A stretch of DNA of 63,495 bases, filler included, from Stramenopiles sp. TOSAG23-2 (GCA_900128395.1; 53 parts of 53 records of this genome joined end to end with filler, not necessarily neighbours in it); one strand, 5' to 3'. Counted from the whole stretch's first letter, positions 24,401 to 38,006 are shown. The notes: generated from the letters alone by a model not told the origin. Program-made: numbers and translations.

Positions 24401-25215
24401 ATATAAGAGTCCAAAAGAGAATGAAAAGAGAGTGAAAAGTGTAAGACAAGTAGTAGATATCTTGATGCCACAGCTTGTTGAGAGGAGGTTCAATACAGTA
24501 CCTGTATTATAGATACAGTATAGTACGGTGTGTACAGTACGTCTACGTCTGTAATTCTTTTTCCCTTAAAAAATAAATCAATATAATACAGGTGTAAATA
24601 TACCATACAGTACAATCCCACAATCCTAATCCCCCACACCACCCTCGCGGCTAGCTAGCCAGCTAGCTGGCTAGCTAGCCGCGAGGGTGGTGTGGGGGAT
24701 TAGGATTGTGGGATTGTACTGTATGGTATATTTACACCTGTATTATATTGATTTATTTTTTAAGGGAAAAAGAATTACAGACGTAGACGTACTGTACACA
24801 CCGTACTATACTGTATCTATAATACAGGTACTGTATTGAACCTCCTCTCAACAAGCTGTGGCATCAAGATATCTACTACTTGTCTTACACTTTTCACTCT
24901 CTTTTCATTCTCTTTTGGACTCTTATATTTATTTCCAAATTTGGTACCATTCTTTCTCACTTTTCAAATTGGTACATCCAAGCTCATTTAATTCTTGGTA
25001 ATATTTTGCAAAATCATTAAAAAATAAATCTTCATCTTTTGCATATTTTTCAACATGTGGTCGAAATTTTTCATCTTTCACCAATGCTAAATCAGTGGAA
25101 AGCATCATTAAATCACCTTCAGGGTTTTCAAATTGTGGTGGTCCTTTCCATTTACGGCCATTATGTGTCTTTTTTGGTGTCCATTTCTCCTCTAGCATTA
25201 AACGATAATATTCAT
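24114..25215. repeat. Whole-contig palindrome
   Basis: Arms are reverse complements about a centre between 24664 and 24665 (CCAGCT|AGCTGG), with no loop. Confidence 0.97.
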
Positions 25216-25315
25216 NNNNNNNNNNNNNNNNNNNNNNNNNNNNNNNNNNNNNNNNNNNNTTAATTAATTAANNNNNNNNNNNNNNNNNNNNNNNNNNNNN
25301 NNNNNNNNNNNNNNN

Positions 25316-26416
25316 GTTGCGTGAAGGTGACGAGAAACATATGGAACAAAATCCATTTTGCCATTCAACAATTATCCACGAACACAACCAATTGAATAAA
25401 TTGGTTACGTATGGACATGAAGAATTTTGCGGTAAACATGGCATTTGTAACAAGAAAAGTGGTTTATGTGAATGTTTCCCAGGTTGGGCCGGCGTTTTCT
25501 GTCGCAAACCATTATGCCATGAAGAATGTGAATTAAATGGCGTATGTAGTAAAGCTGGAAAATGCATATGTACAAAGGATTACTTTGGTAGATCTTGCGA
25601 AAAGAAATTCCAACATGGTAAAACACGTACAGTTGAAATGAGAAACAAAGATTTAGCAAATGTCACAGCTGCTGAACGTAAATTAGTCAACCAATGGGAT
25701 AGTGCATATGATGCATGGGAACGCCATTTAAAATTGGAAAAAATGATTAAACAACGTAATTACCGTGCAGATCGTGTGAAATATAGTAGACTGATGGGTA
25801 AAATGATATCGAAACGTGCGAAGAAATTGGAACAGGAAGCAGACCATTTGTTGCGCAATGGCGATAACAGCCATGCAATGAAAGACATGGAAGAAGTGCA
25901 ACAAGATACTAAAAAAGTTGATTATTTCAAAAAAGAAGAAATGAAAAATTTAGATAGTTTAACTAGAGTGGAAGATGCTATGGATTTATTACGTACGGCT
26001 GCATCGGAAACATCATTAGCTGCTAGAATGGGTAATTATACAAATTTGGAATTAGATTTCAATCATACCGATCAATTGAAACAATTGATTCAATATATGT
26101 ATAAAAGTGCCGTTGGTCGTAGTCATCATAGTGTTGAAACGAATAAGAAATTTTTCAAAGACCTTTTAAACAATAACACCATGTTGAAAATGAAACATAT
26201 GGTAGATACTGCAAGTTTAAAAACCAAACAAGCGAAGAACGATTATGTATGGAGTAAAACACGTTGCCCAAATGATTGTAGTGGAAATGGAAATTGCACG
26301 GTAGTATATTCCTTCGAATTGAATGCAAATGTCGGCCAATGCATATGTTCATTTGGTTATGGCGGTGTTGATTGTGCAAATGAAATTGATAATCGTTCCC
26401 CAGGTGATAAATTATA
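25316..26416 (+). CDS. EGF-like (tenascin-type) repeat protein with a coiled-coil spacer, fragment
   Basis: CGKHGIC....G.CECFPGWAGVFC, C.LNGVC...GKCIC...FG.SC, CPNDCSGNGNC...CIC..GYGGVDC. Confidence 0.85.
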
Positions 26417-26516
26417 NNNNNNNNNNNNNNNNNNNNNNNNNNNNNNNNNNNNNNNNNNNNTTAATTAATTAANNNNNNNNNNNNNNNNNNNNNNNNNNNN
26501 NNNNNNNNNNNNNNNN

Positions 26517-27604
26517 GGTGGTGGAAATTCCAATACAACGACTTCATTTAATGGTCTTGTTCCATCCCATCCACCAATTAAAAATAATGATGTACCTACT
26601 CTTGTAATTGTATGCCCATACAAACGTTCTGGTTCTGGACCACCAAATGTTGGAAAAAACCATTCCATGGAATCTGTATCTAAACATAATAAATTTTTAC
26701 TTGATTTTGCTACACCATCATTTTCACCATCTTTACCACCTTTATCATCTTTGTTGCTCCAATCTTTTTGTTTTACACCTGTCCATCCGCCAAACATAAC
26801 CATTTGCCTACCCATCATGCATGTACGATGTTGCATTCGTTTCTCTGGAAATTCACCAACAACCCTTGGTCTTGACCATACCATAGTTTCTGTATCTAAT
26901 TCACGAATATCTTGTAAATATTCAGAACCTTTTTTCGCGACAGTGTGGTAACCAGCAAATACGATAATACGACCATCTGGTAATAATTCCATTGTATGAT
27001 TGTAACGTGGTGATGGTGGCCTTCCAGCTGTTCTAGGTCGCAACCACGTCATCGCTGACGAATCGAAGACCCATAAATCACCATATGTTTGACGTTCATC
27101 GTAACCACCGAAAATAACAATTTTATCACCAATTAATACTTGTGCATGTCCCATACGTGCTGCTGGAGGTGCAGTTGCACTGCTTACACGATCCCATCTG
27201 AATGTACCTTTTGACATATCTAAGCGCCACATATCTTTGAAATGTCTTCCTTTTGCACCGCGTCCACCAAAGATAAACCATTCCTTACCAATTAATGTTG
27301 CTGTATGTCCATATCTACCTTCCGGTGCTGCACCTTTTGCTATTTTTGGTTGATACCATGTCATAGCACCTAAATCTAGACACCACACGTCGTTACAATA
27401 TGAAAAGACGCCATCGCCTTCAAAATATGTACCACCAAACAATACAATTGTATCGTCATTTACTAATGCACTAGTATGCCCACCGCGAGCAGCTGGTGGT
27501 CTACCTTCAACTAATGGTGCAACAAACCGTAATGCTGGTTCATCCATAAAATCTTGCTCTGCATTATTATCGTTTGGGTTGTATCCTACACCTGTATCTG
27601 TCAT
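26517..27604 (-). CDS. Kelch-repeat protein
   Basis: Six P..R.GH.......FGG repeats. Confidence 0.92.
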
Positions 27605-29216
27605 ATTTTTATTTATGNNNNNNNNNNNNNNNNNNNNNNNNNNNNNNNNNNNNNNNNNNNNTTAATTAATTAANNNNNNNNNNNNNNNNNNNNNNNNNNN
27701 NNNNNNNNNNNNNNNNNTTAAAATTAAAATGACAATTGGTATACTAAATGTGAATATTTTTTTTTCCATGATTCTATTCAATTATTGTTATGACGATCCG
27801 TCCATTTATGATTTAATAGTAATAATGATAAAAATACAAATAATATATATGATAATTCAAAGAATAGAAATGTATAAAAAAATTCATGAAATCAAATGTA
27901 AGGCACGTTTACGTTGCTCATATAAACATCTATACATCTATACTTTTCATGAAATTCAATAAAAAAAAAAAAATAATAAAAAACCTTAACCAAAAATAAT
28001 TAAAAAAATAGAAAAAACCTTAACCTTCTTTTGGTTGTATTACATTTAAATAGGTATTTTTACTGCGTATTTGACTATATACATTTGTGCATTTGGTACT
28101 AAAAAAAATGTTGTTTCAACGTATCAACATCTATATTAACTATTATTAACACTACACACTATACATCTATATTGCCACAGACTCTTGTAATACTATACTA
28201 TACTGTACTATTGTAAAACTTACTTCATCGATCAACTGCACATGCCGGCGCACGTGCCTATCGACTTGAAACGTTTGCTAAAAAAGAGCAGTTTTCGATA
28301 CATGGCTATCGTTGCAACTATTTCATAATTGATTTTAGCAACCAATAACCATCACTCTTTTCGTATAATATTTTTAGCAATGTTCCACTTATTTCCGAAA
28401 TATTTCCATATATTCCCACCGAAATTTCCAAAATTCTGGTTGAAAAGAACAAAACCTATTGAGATACGATTTCAGTTGTAAGGAACATGTCATAAAAATG
28501 ACTCAATCTGAATTGTAAAATTTAACACTAATTATAATGTAACAAATTTTATTTAAATATTTCAATTTCTCAGTCTTGGTAGATTTTGTTGTATAATTAT
28601 CCCGAATAGGTTCATTTTTGCACATAATGTATATATAGAAATAATTCCATCCATACCTGTTTAATCGTGATAATTGTCATGTCAATCTATACAAATACAT
28701 AAATACACACTATTGGAAACACAAAAATAAAATCAATGTCATTTTACATTTATATATTAAATAATATTTATTAATGCACATGAGAAGAGAGATAGATGAA
28801 TAATCCGAAGTATACAAANNNNNNNNNNNNNNNNNNNNNNNNNNNNNNNNNNNNNNNNNNNNTTAATTAATTAANNNNNNNNNNNNNNNNNNNNNNNNNN
28901 NNNNNNNNNNNNNNNNNNGTGGAGGTGGAGTAAAATAATTATTGTTAAATATATGTGCGCAATAAGGGAGTGTTTTTATATTTTTAAAATCTTTTTTTAT
29001 TTTCTTTTTAAATACTGCGGCGGTGTGTGTTCAAATAAAAAATAAATCAATCCCCCTCTCTTGTCTAACTGTTGGTTGTATAATAAAGCATAGCTTTTGT
29101 ACTTTTGGTGCACGTAACTTGTCAATACCTTCTCCAAAAACTTGAATTTTATGCAAATTCAAAGCACAACAAAAAGAAACTAATGAACAATATCAAACCA
29201 AATTTGTGAGATTTTT

Positions 29217-30019
29217 TTAAAATTTATAAACATGTTCTTCTGTAAATCCAGCTTTTTTCAAACAACCACCAATCTTTCCTTGTTTTCTCCCTGCTTTTTT
29301 CCCACTAACTGCGTTCATCTATATAATTAAGAATATATACCATGTTAGAATATTTATATTATATATACAAATCATATCTATTATAGAAGGAATAGATGAC
29401 AAACTTACCATTGGTTGTGGACCACAAACAAAGATTTTAAATTTTTGTTTATTATTTGCACTGAATACACATCGTTCTACCATTTGTTTCGTAACAAATC
29501 CAGTTTCACCACTTAATTGCCACCACCATGGTGCTTTATCAACTGTATAACTAACATTAAAACGTGTTGGAAATTCTTTTTGTAAATTATCTAATTTTTC
29601 TTTAATTAGTATGTCGTCAGTAGTTTTGTTTCCATATAACAATTTAATTTTTGTATTATCATCTTCATTATATAATATTTCCTGAATGATTTGAAACATT
29701 GGTGTTATACCAGTACCACCAGCAATCATACCAACTTCTTCAAACTCATTTGCATTATAAGCAAATTTACCCCATGGTCCTTTCATTTTAATGGAATCAC
29801 CAGGTTTTAATGATCGAAGATGTCTTCCCATGCCTCCTGGTTTTCCATCCGTACGCGGTGGATAAGATTTGATGATAAATTCAGCTGTACCTTGTTGATT
29901 TCTTCTTGAAATTGGTGTATAAGGGCGATTCACCGTTTTGCCATCAATCTCCGCCGACATAGATAAACAAGAAGCAACAGTTAATCCAAGTGTATGTTCC
30001 TCAGAAGGTAACTTGATCC
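29217..30019 (-). CDS. NADH-cytochrome b5 reductase with an intron at 29319-29408
   Basis: RPYTP, MIAGGTGITPM, VCGP. Removing the GTAAGT...TAG intron restores the C-terminus MNAVSGKK...QGKIGGCLKKAGFTEEHVYKF*. Confidence 0.93.
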
Positions 30020-30264
30020 NNNNNNNNNNNNNNNNNNNNNNNNNNNNNNNNNNNNNNNNNNNNTTAATTAATTAANNNNNNNNNNNNNNNNNNNNNNNNN
30101 NNNNNNNNNNNNNNNNNNNCTCTGTATTTTTGGTTTTTAGAATACAAATTATATACTAAATATATTTACCTATATATATAAAGTCCTCTCTCAGATAAAC
30201 GGGGTCATATATGATAAAAAGTTTTATGCATTAAAAAATTTAAATAACCACTCTGCTGTACACA

Positions 30265-31219
30265 TCACCTCCTTGAGTTTTTTTTCTTCGTTCTTACTTT
30301 TCTCCGATTTTTTATTTTTTTGCTGGTCCCCATTTGGAACCCCGTCTGTCCGTTACCAATCGACGGCGATGGTGTAGGCCCTGCACCAAAAGTACCACCG
30401 TTAAATGATGTACTCGACTGCTGCCCGCCAAATCCCGTAGATGTTTGCCCCCCACCAAAGCCGCCGCCGCCACCACCAAAGCCACCACCACCAAAGCCAC
30501 CGCCACTAAATCCAGGTGTATTACTTGTTGATGCTTGTGTTCCACCCCCCCCAAATGTATTTGTCGAACCTGTTGGTTGTCCAAATGCACCCATTGACTG
30601 TGTATTACCACCGCCACGTTGATGGTTGTGGTGCACCAAATGTATTTGTCGAACCTGTTGGTTGTCCAAATGCACCTGTTGACTGTGTATTACCACCGCC
30701 ACCAAATACAGGTGCATTACTTGTTGATGCTTGTGTTCCACCCCCCCCAAATGTATTTGTCGAACCTGTTGGTTGTCCAAATGCACCCATTGACTGTGTA
30801 TTACCACCGCCACTAAATCCAGGTGTATTACTTGTTGATGCTTGTGTTCCCACCCCCCCAAATGTATTTGTCGAACCTGTTGGTTGTCCAAATCCACTTG
30901 TTGACTGTGTATTACCACCGCCACCAAATACAGGTGCATTACTTGTTGATGCTTGTGTTCCACCCCCCCCAAATGTATTTGTCGAACCGGTTTGTTGCCC
31001 AAATGCACCCATTGACTGTGTATTACCACCGCCACCAAAGCCACCACCACCACCAGTGTCGCCAAAGCCACCGCCACTAAATCCAGGTGTATTACTTGTT
31101 GATGCTTGTGTTCCACCCCCCCCAAATGTATTTGTCGAACCTGTTGGTTGTCCAAATGCACCTGTTGACTGTGTATTACCACCGCCACCAAATACAGGTG
31201 CATTACTTGTTGATGCTTG
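30265..31219 (-). CDS. FG-repeat nucleoporin C-terminus (Nup1/Nup153-like), frame break near 30615
   Basis: AFGQPTGSTNTFGGGG repeats ending FQMGTSKKIKNRRKVRTKKK. Confidence 0.75.
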
Positions 31220-31469
31220 NNNNNNNNNNNNNNNNNNNNNNNNNNNNNNNNNNNNNNNNNNNNTTAATTAATTAANNNNNNNNNNNNNNNNNNNNNNNNN
31301 NNNNNNNNNNNNNNNNNNNATCATATTGTACCCGTTTATCTCTATCTCTATCTATATATATATATATATACATTTCTTTGTTCTTGTTGTTAATAATATA
31401 ATTATTTTTTTAAAATTTTCTTCTCTCCATCATAATCATTGAAATCATTTATATCATTTAAATAATATT

Positions 31470-31805
31470 ATGAAATATGTGATTGAACATATGGAACCTT
31501 CCATAAATGACTGGGTTCGGTGTGAATATATAAGAATAATTCAAACATGTGGTGCTAAAAATTTACTATTCAGTAAGTATTGCTATAAAAAATCATTAAT
31601 ATTATGCCCTATAAAAAATCATTAATATTATGCCATCCTAAAATCAACTAAGTTATATTAACGTCTCTTCTTCTTACTTATCATATTTCTTCTCCGGTAC
31701 GTATATACTGATAGCAAATATGATTGAAGGTGAAAATTGTCCACCATATAATGATATTCAACGTGATGGTAATGGTAGTCCAGTGAATGTTGATGGAAAA
31801 GAAGA
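31470..31805 (+). CDS. SFM1: Sfm1-like SPOUT methyltransferase N-terminus, intron at 31573-31714
   Basis: Exon 1 is MKYVIEHMEPSINDWVRCEYIRIIQTCGAKNLLF; the GTAAGT...TAG intron splices in frame into the 31720 ORF. Confidence 0.7.
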
Positions 31806-31829
31806 TCTGTCTATATTATCCCCGAAGCC

Positions 31830-32419
31830 TAGTAACACAGTGTTAACAGGCGTTTTCAATCAAATGAAAATTGGATTACATAGTACTAGTGGCAATAAGG
31901 GCAGAAATGATCCGCATACAGATTGGTGGCATATCTTAAATATCGCAGGTGCATCTGTTTATGAAGGTGGTATTGATTATTTAAAAAAAGTAAAAGTTGA
32001 CACATTTATATGCAGAATGGACGATTTTGGTGTTTTGCCTGAATACCGATAGTTACTTTTGAATGGTGTATTCAATCATTGATTGATAATGCTAAGTTAG
32101 AATTTGATCTATTTCCAACTTTCGGTGCTGGTAAAGCAGCTGGTAGCAGCAGCAATAGAAGCATCCATAACCGCGTGGCTGCGAAAGTCCCTGTCTGGGC
32201 CAGTGCAATGTTAACTATAGCTGAACATACAGATCGTAAATATTTTACCGCGGTGCGTGTTAATGGAGTTCGATACTGCATTGGAGATTTAGTATACATG
32301 CAACGGCCATGGTTAAAGGCATATGACAATGATGATGATGATAATGAGGAAGACAAAGGGAAATCCAATAACAAATATCAATTTCGACTAGGAATTATTG
32401 AACGCTTTTGGGAAATGAA
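31830..32419 (+). CDS. BRCT domain followed by BAH domain (fragment, frameshift near 32045)
   Basis: VFNQMKIGL...WWHILNIAGA...; shifted frame PIVTFEWCIQSLI; then YFTAVRVNGVRYCIGDLVYM...LGIIERFWE. Confidence 0.6.
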
Positions 32420-32649
32420 NNNNNNNNNNNNNNNNNNNNNNNNNNNNNNNNNNNNNNNNNNNNTTAATTAATTAANNNNNNNNNNNNNNNNNNNNNNNNN
32501 NNNNNNNNNNNNNNNNNNNCAATAAATGCACTTTGAATTCTTCCATATCATGCAAAAAAAAATAATAAATAATAGATAGAAGATGATAAATAAATGAGAC
32601 AGAGAGGTAGATGATATAAACAACATGAAATAAACCAAGCAACATTCAA

Positions 32650-33619
32650 ATGAAAATGAAAAAAATAATTATAGTAAATATATATATATTGATATGTATC
32701 TGTACCATAAATAAAGAAAATCTCGTTTCTTGTAATAATAATAGATTAAGATTCCCTTTACGCACAGCTCATGATGTCATAAAAAAATTAGGTTCTTCAA
32801 CAATACAAAATTCTCATGTCCGAAATACTCCAACATATTATCAATTGCCAAAAAAAAATAACAACGACGATATTGATGATAATCAAGGCGAACCATCAGC
32901 TTTAAAGCCCCCACCCCCATCATGTTTTGGATATGGAAGCAAACAAGATGGTACATGGTCAGCCCAAGGAACTTGGACACCGAACAAAAAAGGTCAATGT
33001 GATTTAGATGAATATTGGGATTTTTTTGAAGATAAAGATACTGTAACAGCTGTTGTTAGATGTTGGGAACGTCGTCGATGGATTGTATTTGTTGGCGATA
33101 GCAACAGCAGGGAAATGTTTTCAGCAATAATCAATCGTTTGAAAAAATTTAAGTATAAGTTCGTATTCCTTTCTGGAAATAATAAGAATTTATATGGCGA
33201 TAATAGATGGAGTGATAAAGATGCTATTTTTTATGATGATGGCAGTGGTAAACATAATATATTTTTTCGATTATCTTTTCGATTTTATCAAGGATATGAT
33301 GAGTTTAAACAACATTGGAAAAATTGGGATAAATTATATGAAGCAGATGGTAGGGATAACACAATGGAAGACAAAGAACCTTTTGTAGCACAGTGGAAGA
33401 CGTTTCACAAAATTTTTCAATCAAAATCACCTGATACAATTGTTTTTTCCACTGGACTTTGGAAATTAAATTGCGACAACTCTGCAAAAGCATATCATCA
33501 ATTATTAAAAGAGTTGAATGAAAACGATGTAAACAATATATTATTTTTCACACCAGGCCATTTAAAACATCACCCCTTTATAAAAAATAAGGATATAGAG
33601 AAGATACGAGATTGTATAC
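32650..33619 (+). CDS. PC-esterase/SGNH-family protein (GDS motif), secreted or type II membrane
   Basis: C...RWIVFVGDSNSR..F, PDTIVFSTGLW; N-terminal hydrophobic segment. Confidence 0.75.
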
Positions 33620-33719
33620 NNNNNNNNNNNNNNNNNNNNNNNNNNNNNNNNNNNNNNNNNNNNTTAATTAATTAANNNNNNNNNNNNNNNNNNNNNNNNN
33701 NNNNNNNNNNNNNNNNNNN

Positions 33720-34819
33720 GGGCAAATTTTTTCAAATTGATTTTCATAATCTTGTGCGGTAAATATTTTCGTTTTCTTTATTTGATTTGGTGTAGTTAGA
33801 AATGACTTTTCGCTGTTCCCATTAACCCCTTCACTATTATTCATATTCGATGCACTGTTGTTGCTATTGATGATATTTATAATTTTATTGTTAGGATTCA
33901 TCCATTTATTTCCACTTAAACCATTTTGACTTTTAACGTTGGTATTACTTATATTTTTTTTCATAGGCGTTAAATTACTTTTTTCCGCTACTAACTCATC
34001 TGGGATTGATTGCTTTTCTTCCATTAACAACGTTGTTACTTTATTATTTTTTTTTTCTTGAGTTGTTCCCAACGCATTGCTTTTTTTCTTTTTCTTTTTC
34101 TTTTTTTTCTTCTTTTTTCCATTGCCGTTGTTGGATTTCTTGTCCATATTTTGCTCATTTAAGTCTTCCTCTAATATTAAATCATTCATTATTTTATCAA
34201 TTACATTGTTTTTAGATGCCCACGCAGATTCCAGAATGCGAAAGCATTCACGTGCTTCTTGTTTTTCAATGGCGGTAAAAGACCTTCGAGGATTAGTATC
34301 TGGTTTATCAGCATTTTTCTCCACCAAATTTACCATATATTTCGCAAGATCAATGGCATTTAAACCATGAATGTTCTTTATTGTAATATCAGCATCAGTA
34401 GACAATAATAACAAAATTCCCCTGCTAAAACTGGTTTCAACAAGAACATGTAAGGCAGTATTACCATTTGCAGGTGTTTGAAAATTAATATCGTCCTTTT
34501 CAAGAAACTTAACAAATTGTAACAAACATTTATATTTCGATTCGCGTGGTGCTTGGCTGTTACATATAACAGTCAAAGGCGATACACCGGACAAATTAGG
34601 TTCATGCAAAGAATTTTGTACAGCTTCGTCAAAATTTAACAAGTACGAAATTGCTTCAAAATCAGCATTGACACACGCAAATGCCAAGGGTGAATCATTA
34701 TTTATATTTTTTAACACTGCTAATGATTTACTTTCATTTAATAGTAATGATATTATCTTGACCGCGTTTCCACCTTCTTTTTCATAATCAACGGGTTTTT
34801 TCACAAGAGCATAATGTAA
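33720..34819 (-). CDS. Ankyrin-repeat protein fragment
   Basis: SPLAFAC, GVSPL, GNTALH, ADITIKN.HG.NAIDLA; poly-Lys tract. Confidence 0.88.
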
Positions 34820-34920
34820 NNNNNNNNNNNNNNNNNNNNNNNNNNNNNNNNNNNNNNNNNNNNTTAATTAATTAANNNNNNNNNNNNNNNNNNNNNNNNN
34901 NNNNNNNNNNNNNNNNNNNT

Positions 34921-35409
34921 ACATATTTATCCGCACTTGGAAAACAAAGTGGAGATACGATTGTACCATACGTCACTTCCAATGGCAATAAGCTGTACAT
35001 GTTAAAGACAGGTTTGCACAGTGCAGATGATATGCTTGCAGAGGATAATAATTATGATTCATCAGTAAGTTGGATTCTTCGATTTGTATTTATAATCGTA
35101 TTGATGATATCAATAAATTTTTATTTGGTTACTGTATATGGAATGAAGAATGGTGGTTATAATCGTTTGGAAACTGCAAATAATAACAACAACAACAACA
35201 ACAACATGAAAAACTTGCCATTACGCGAACTCTCAGCAATTTTGAGTGGTACGATTTATTGTCTTGTAGCAGGTGTCATTTGGTTATCAACAAGATGGTA
35301 TTTATCGGTTGGATTGTTTGGTGTTGCTGTCGTTTTAACACTATTTGGATATAAATTGATAACAAATAATAATAGTGATACAACAACAGTTTCTACTAAT
35401 AATACGTAG
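34921..35409 (+). CDS. TMEM43/DUF1625-like membrane protein C-terminus
   Basis: LSALGKQSGDTIVPYVTSNGNKLYMLKTGLHSADDML......WILR followed by TM helices. Confidence 0.7.
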   Translation, partial: TYLSALGKQSGDTIVPYVTSNGNKLYMLKTGLHSADDMLAEDNNYDSSVSWILRFVFIIVLMISINFYLVTVYGMKNGGYNRLETANNNNNNNNNMKNLPLRELSAILSGTIYCLVAGVIWLSTRWYLSVGLFGVAVVLTLFGYKLITNNNSDTTTVSTNNT

Positions 35410-35556
35410 AGACGCTGACCTTGTGTTTGTTGGTATCATACACAAGAAAAAAGGTTTCATGAGTGTATGGGTTATGTTGGAATTTTCGTACGAACCTATG
35501 GGTTTGACAATCCCTGAAAGAGATATGGTACATATAGCTATATATGTATATAAGAT

Positions 35557-35695
35557 GTGCATTAGAGCTTTACTATAGTGTAGGATAGAATATTATTCTT
35601 GAGATTGAGTATATTGAAGCATATTACACGTAGCACGAGAAGTAAAATTATTATATATATATCATATATGATATTACTTTAGATTTTAACCATCA
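35557..35695. repeat. Dispersed repeat family A (longest copy)
   Basis: Shares blocks with 8321-8355, 48258-48452, 21019-21040 and, reversed, 52441-52492, 52611-52640, 18842-18861. Confidence 0.8.
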
Positions 35696-36384
35696 ATTAA
35701 TTAAGCTTTTTAAAAATATAAAAAAATAATATAAAATATTTTTTAAAATATTATAATATCCGTAATAAAGTAAAAAAAAAAATGCTTTGTTTTATTTTTT
35801 TGAAATTTAAGTTGAATTACTCTTTCTCTCTTCGTGTAACCCGAAGAGTTCGTATACATCTCTTCTTTAACGCATTGTGTAGTGCCACAAGACATCTCCT
35901 CAATATTATTCTCATACATCAATACTTTCTCTTCTACTCATCGCAGTATCATCATTAATACCTGTCATTTCTACTCCATCAGAAGTGTTGTTAAGGTTAC
36001 TTTTCTCCTCTGCATTTTNNNNNNNNNNNNNNNNNNNNNNNNNNNNNNNNNNNNNNNNNNNNTTAATTAATTAANNNNNNNNNNNNNNNNNNNNNNNNNN
36101 NNNNNNNNNNNNNNNNNNAAGTTGCCTGGAATGCTGGAATGCCTGGAATGCCTGGAATGCTGGAATGCCAGAATTATAGAATGGAAAAAGTTCTTCATTT
36201 TTTTTTTCCAAAACTCAACAATGTTACCTGATTATATATGAATTAAAGAACAATATATATATAGGCACGCGTTTACAACACATAGAAAGATAGAACGACA
36301 ACATTGAACAATAAATTATAAGAAAAGAATTATTACGATCAATTACAAGGAATACAAATTTAGAAAAAAAGTAGTAAAAGAAAC

Positions 36385-37217
36385 ATGTCGAAACAATTCA
36401 GTTTATTATCGTTCACCATATTTTGTATCATTACCATTTTTTTAATAGTATTTCCAATGGTTTTTATATCATCTTCCGCTAGCAATGCTGAACCGATTTT
36501 ACCAATAGGTAGTAATGGTGGATATTTAACGTTCGAAGAAACAAATGATTATTTAATGAAAGTTAATACGGATTTTTTACAACATGCATCTCTGGCACCG
36601 TCTTCCATAGGCCAATCAAGGTCAAACAATGTTATTAATGCTATTTGTATTGGAAAATGTAATGATAATAGTGTCCCAAGTGTCCTTTTTACTGGTCTAC
36701 ACCATGCAAGAGAACCAATTAGTCTTATGACTTTAATTTATACTTTGTATCATATTAGTTTAATGTCATATTATAAAGATCCAGCTACGATAGCATTACT
36801 AGAATCTCGACAACTCTGGTTCATACCACTTGTTAACCCTGATGGTTATATAGACAATTTAGGTAAATCGCGTTCGCAACGGAATCGTCGGAAAAATACA
36901 CTCCCAGGGTGCACCAGTATAGCATCAAATGGCGTTGATTTAAATCGTAACTATGAAACTTGTTGGTCTGGTGATACACTATGTGAAAATGATCAATACG
37001 GCCGAGACTGTGGTAATAGCCCTAATAAGTGTGCAGAAGATTACCGTGGAGCAAGTGCATTTTCTGAACCCGAAACAAGAGCCATTCGTGATTTTGTCGC
37101 GGCACATCCAAATATTAAAGCAGCATTGAATTATCACTCGTATGGAGAGAATTTGTATTGGCCATATTCCTGTGTAAAAAAGAAAAATACGGAAACTGTT
37201 GCACAAGCAAACTTATT
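36385..37217 (+). CDS. M14 zinc carboxypeptidase (carboxypeptidase T-like)
   Basis: HHARE, VNPDG, RKN, GVDLNRNY, YRG..AFSEPET, HSYG. Confidence 0.95.
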
Positions 37218-37317
37218 NNNNNNNNNNNNNNNNNNNNNNNNNNNNNNNNNNNNNNNNNNNNTTAATTAATTAANNNNNNNNNNNNNNNNNNNNNNNNNNN
37301 NNNNNNNNNNNNNNNNN

Positions 37318-38006
37318 TACGTGATGAAGCATTGAGTATTGATTATGAAGGTAGAAGAAGTATAAATGAGATAAGACTTTCACATCCAGCGAGACGACTT
37401 TATTTATTAATTGAAAGATATCAAAGAGAGTTTCCACGTGGTACAGGATATGAAAGAGGAGATGAAATACCAACACCTATCGTATGTGCATGTCAATACG
37501 GACGTATGGATGATGTAGAATTATTTATGAATCTTCATCCTTTTCACAAGTATATTACTAATCATGATGTGAATGGCTACAAAGATGATATGACATTGAA
37601 AGATATGGTGAATCAAGTCGGTAGAAGTAGTGAAGGTTATGAATGGACACCTTTAGAGGCAGCTGCATGGAGCGAACATTTCCACGTAGTTCAATATTTA
37701 ATTGAACAAGGTGAAGCTGATCCTAATATTGCAGATAGGTATGGAGTGAATGCATTGCATTTTGCAGCACGTTATAACAGAAGGACTACTGAGTTAAGTC
37801 AATTCTTACTAACTCATATGACTCTTGATAGCATTAATATGAAGGACGGGATGGGAAACACTCCCCTGGACTTGGCATATCGTCATAATGATAGTCCAAG
37901 TCGCCAAGAGATCATTGCACTTTTACGTTTAAAAGGTGGAAAAGCAAATTGTCATGATGAAAATGGTAGAAGAGTAGGAGGAGGTAATGGTGATTTAAAT
38001 CATTAA
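37318..38006 (+). CDS. Ankyrin-repeat protein
   Basis: TPLEAAA, NALHFAA, GNTPLDLA. Confidence 0.9.

Noticed and set aside
24114..25215. Hairpin/RNAi locus or true duplicated peroxidase
   Set aside because: The arms appear identical, symmetric to both contig ends and loop-less, typical of a fold-back or assembly artefact at a palindromic GCTA-repeat centre.
30600..30630. Programmed frameshift in the nucleoporin
   Set aside because: The break lies in a near-perfect repeat array with no slippery site; misassembly is more likely.
30312..31275. Multiple long overlapping ORFs
   Set aside because: Shadow frames of the FG-repeat array.
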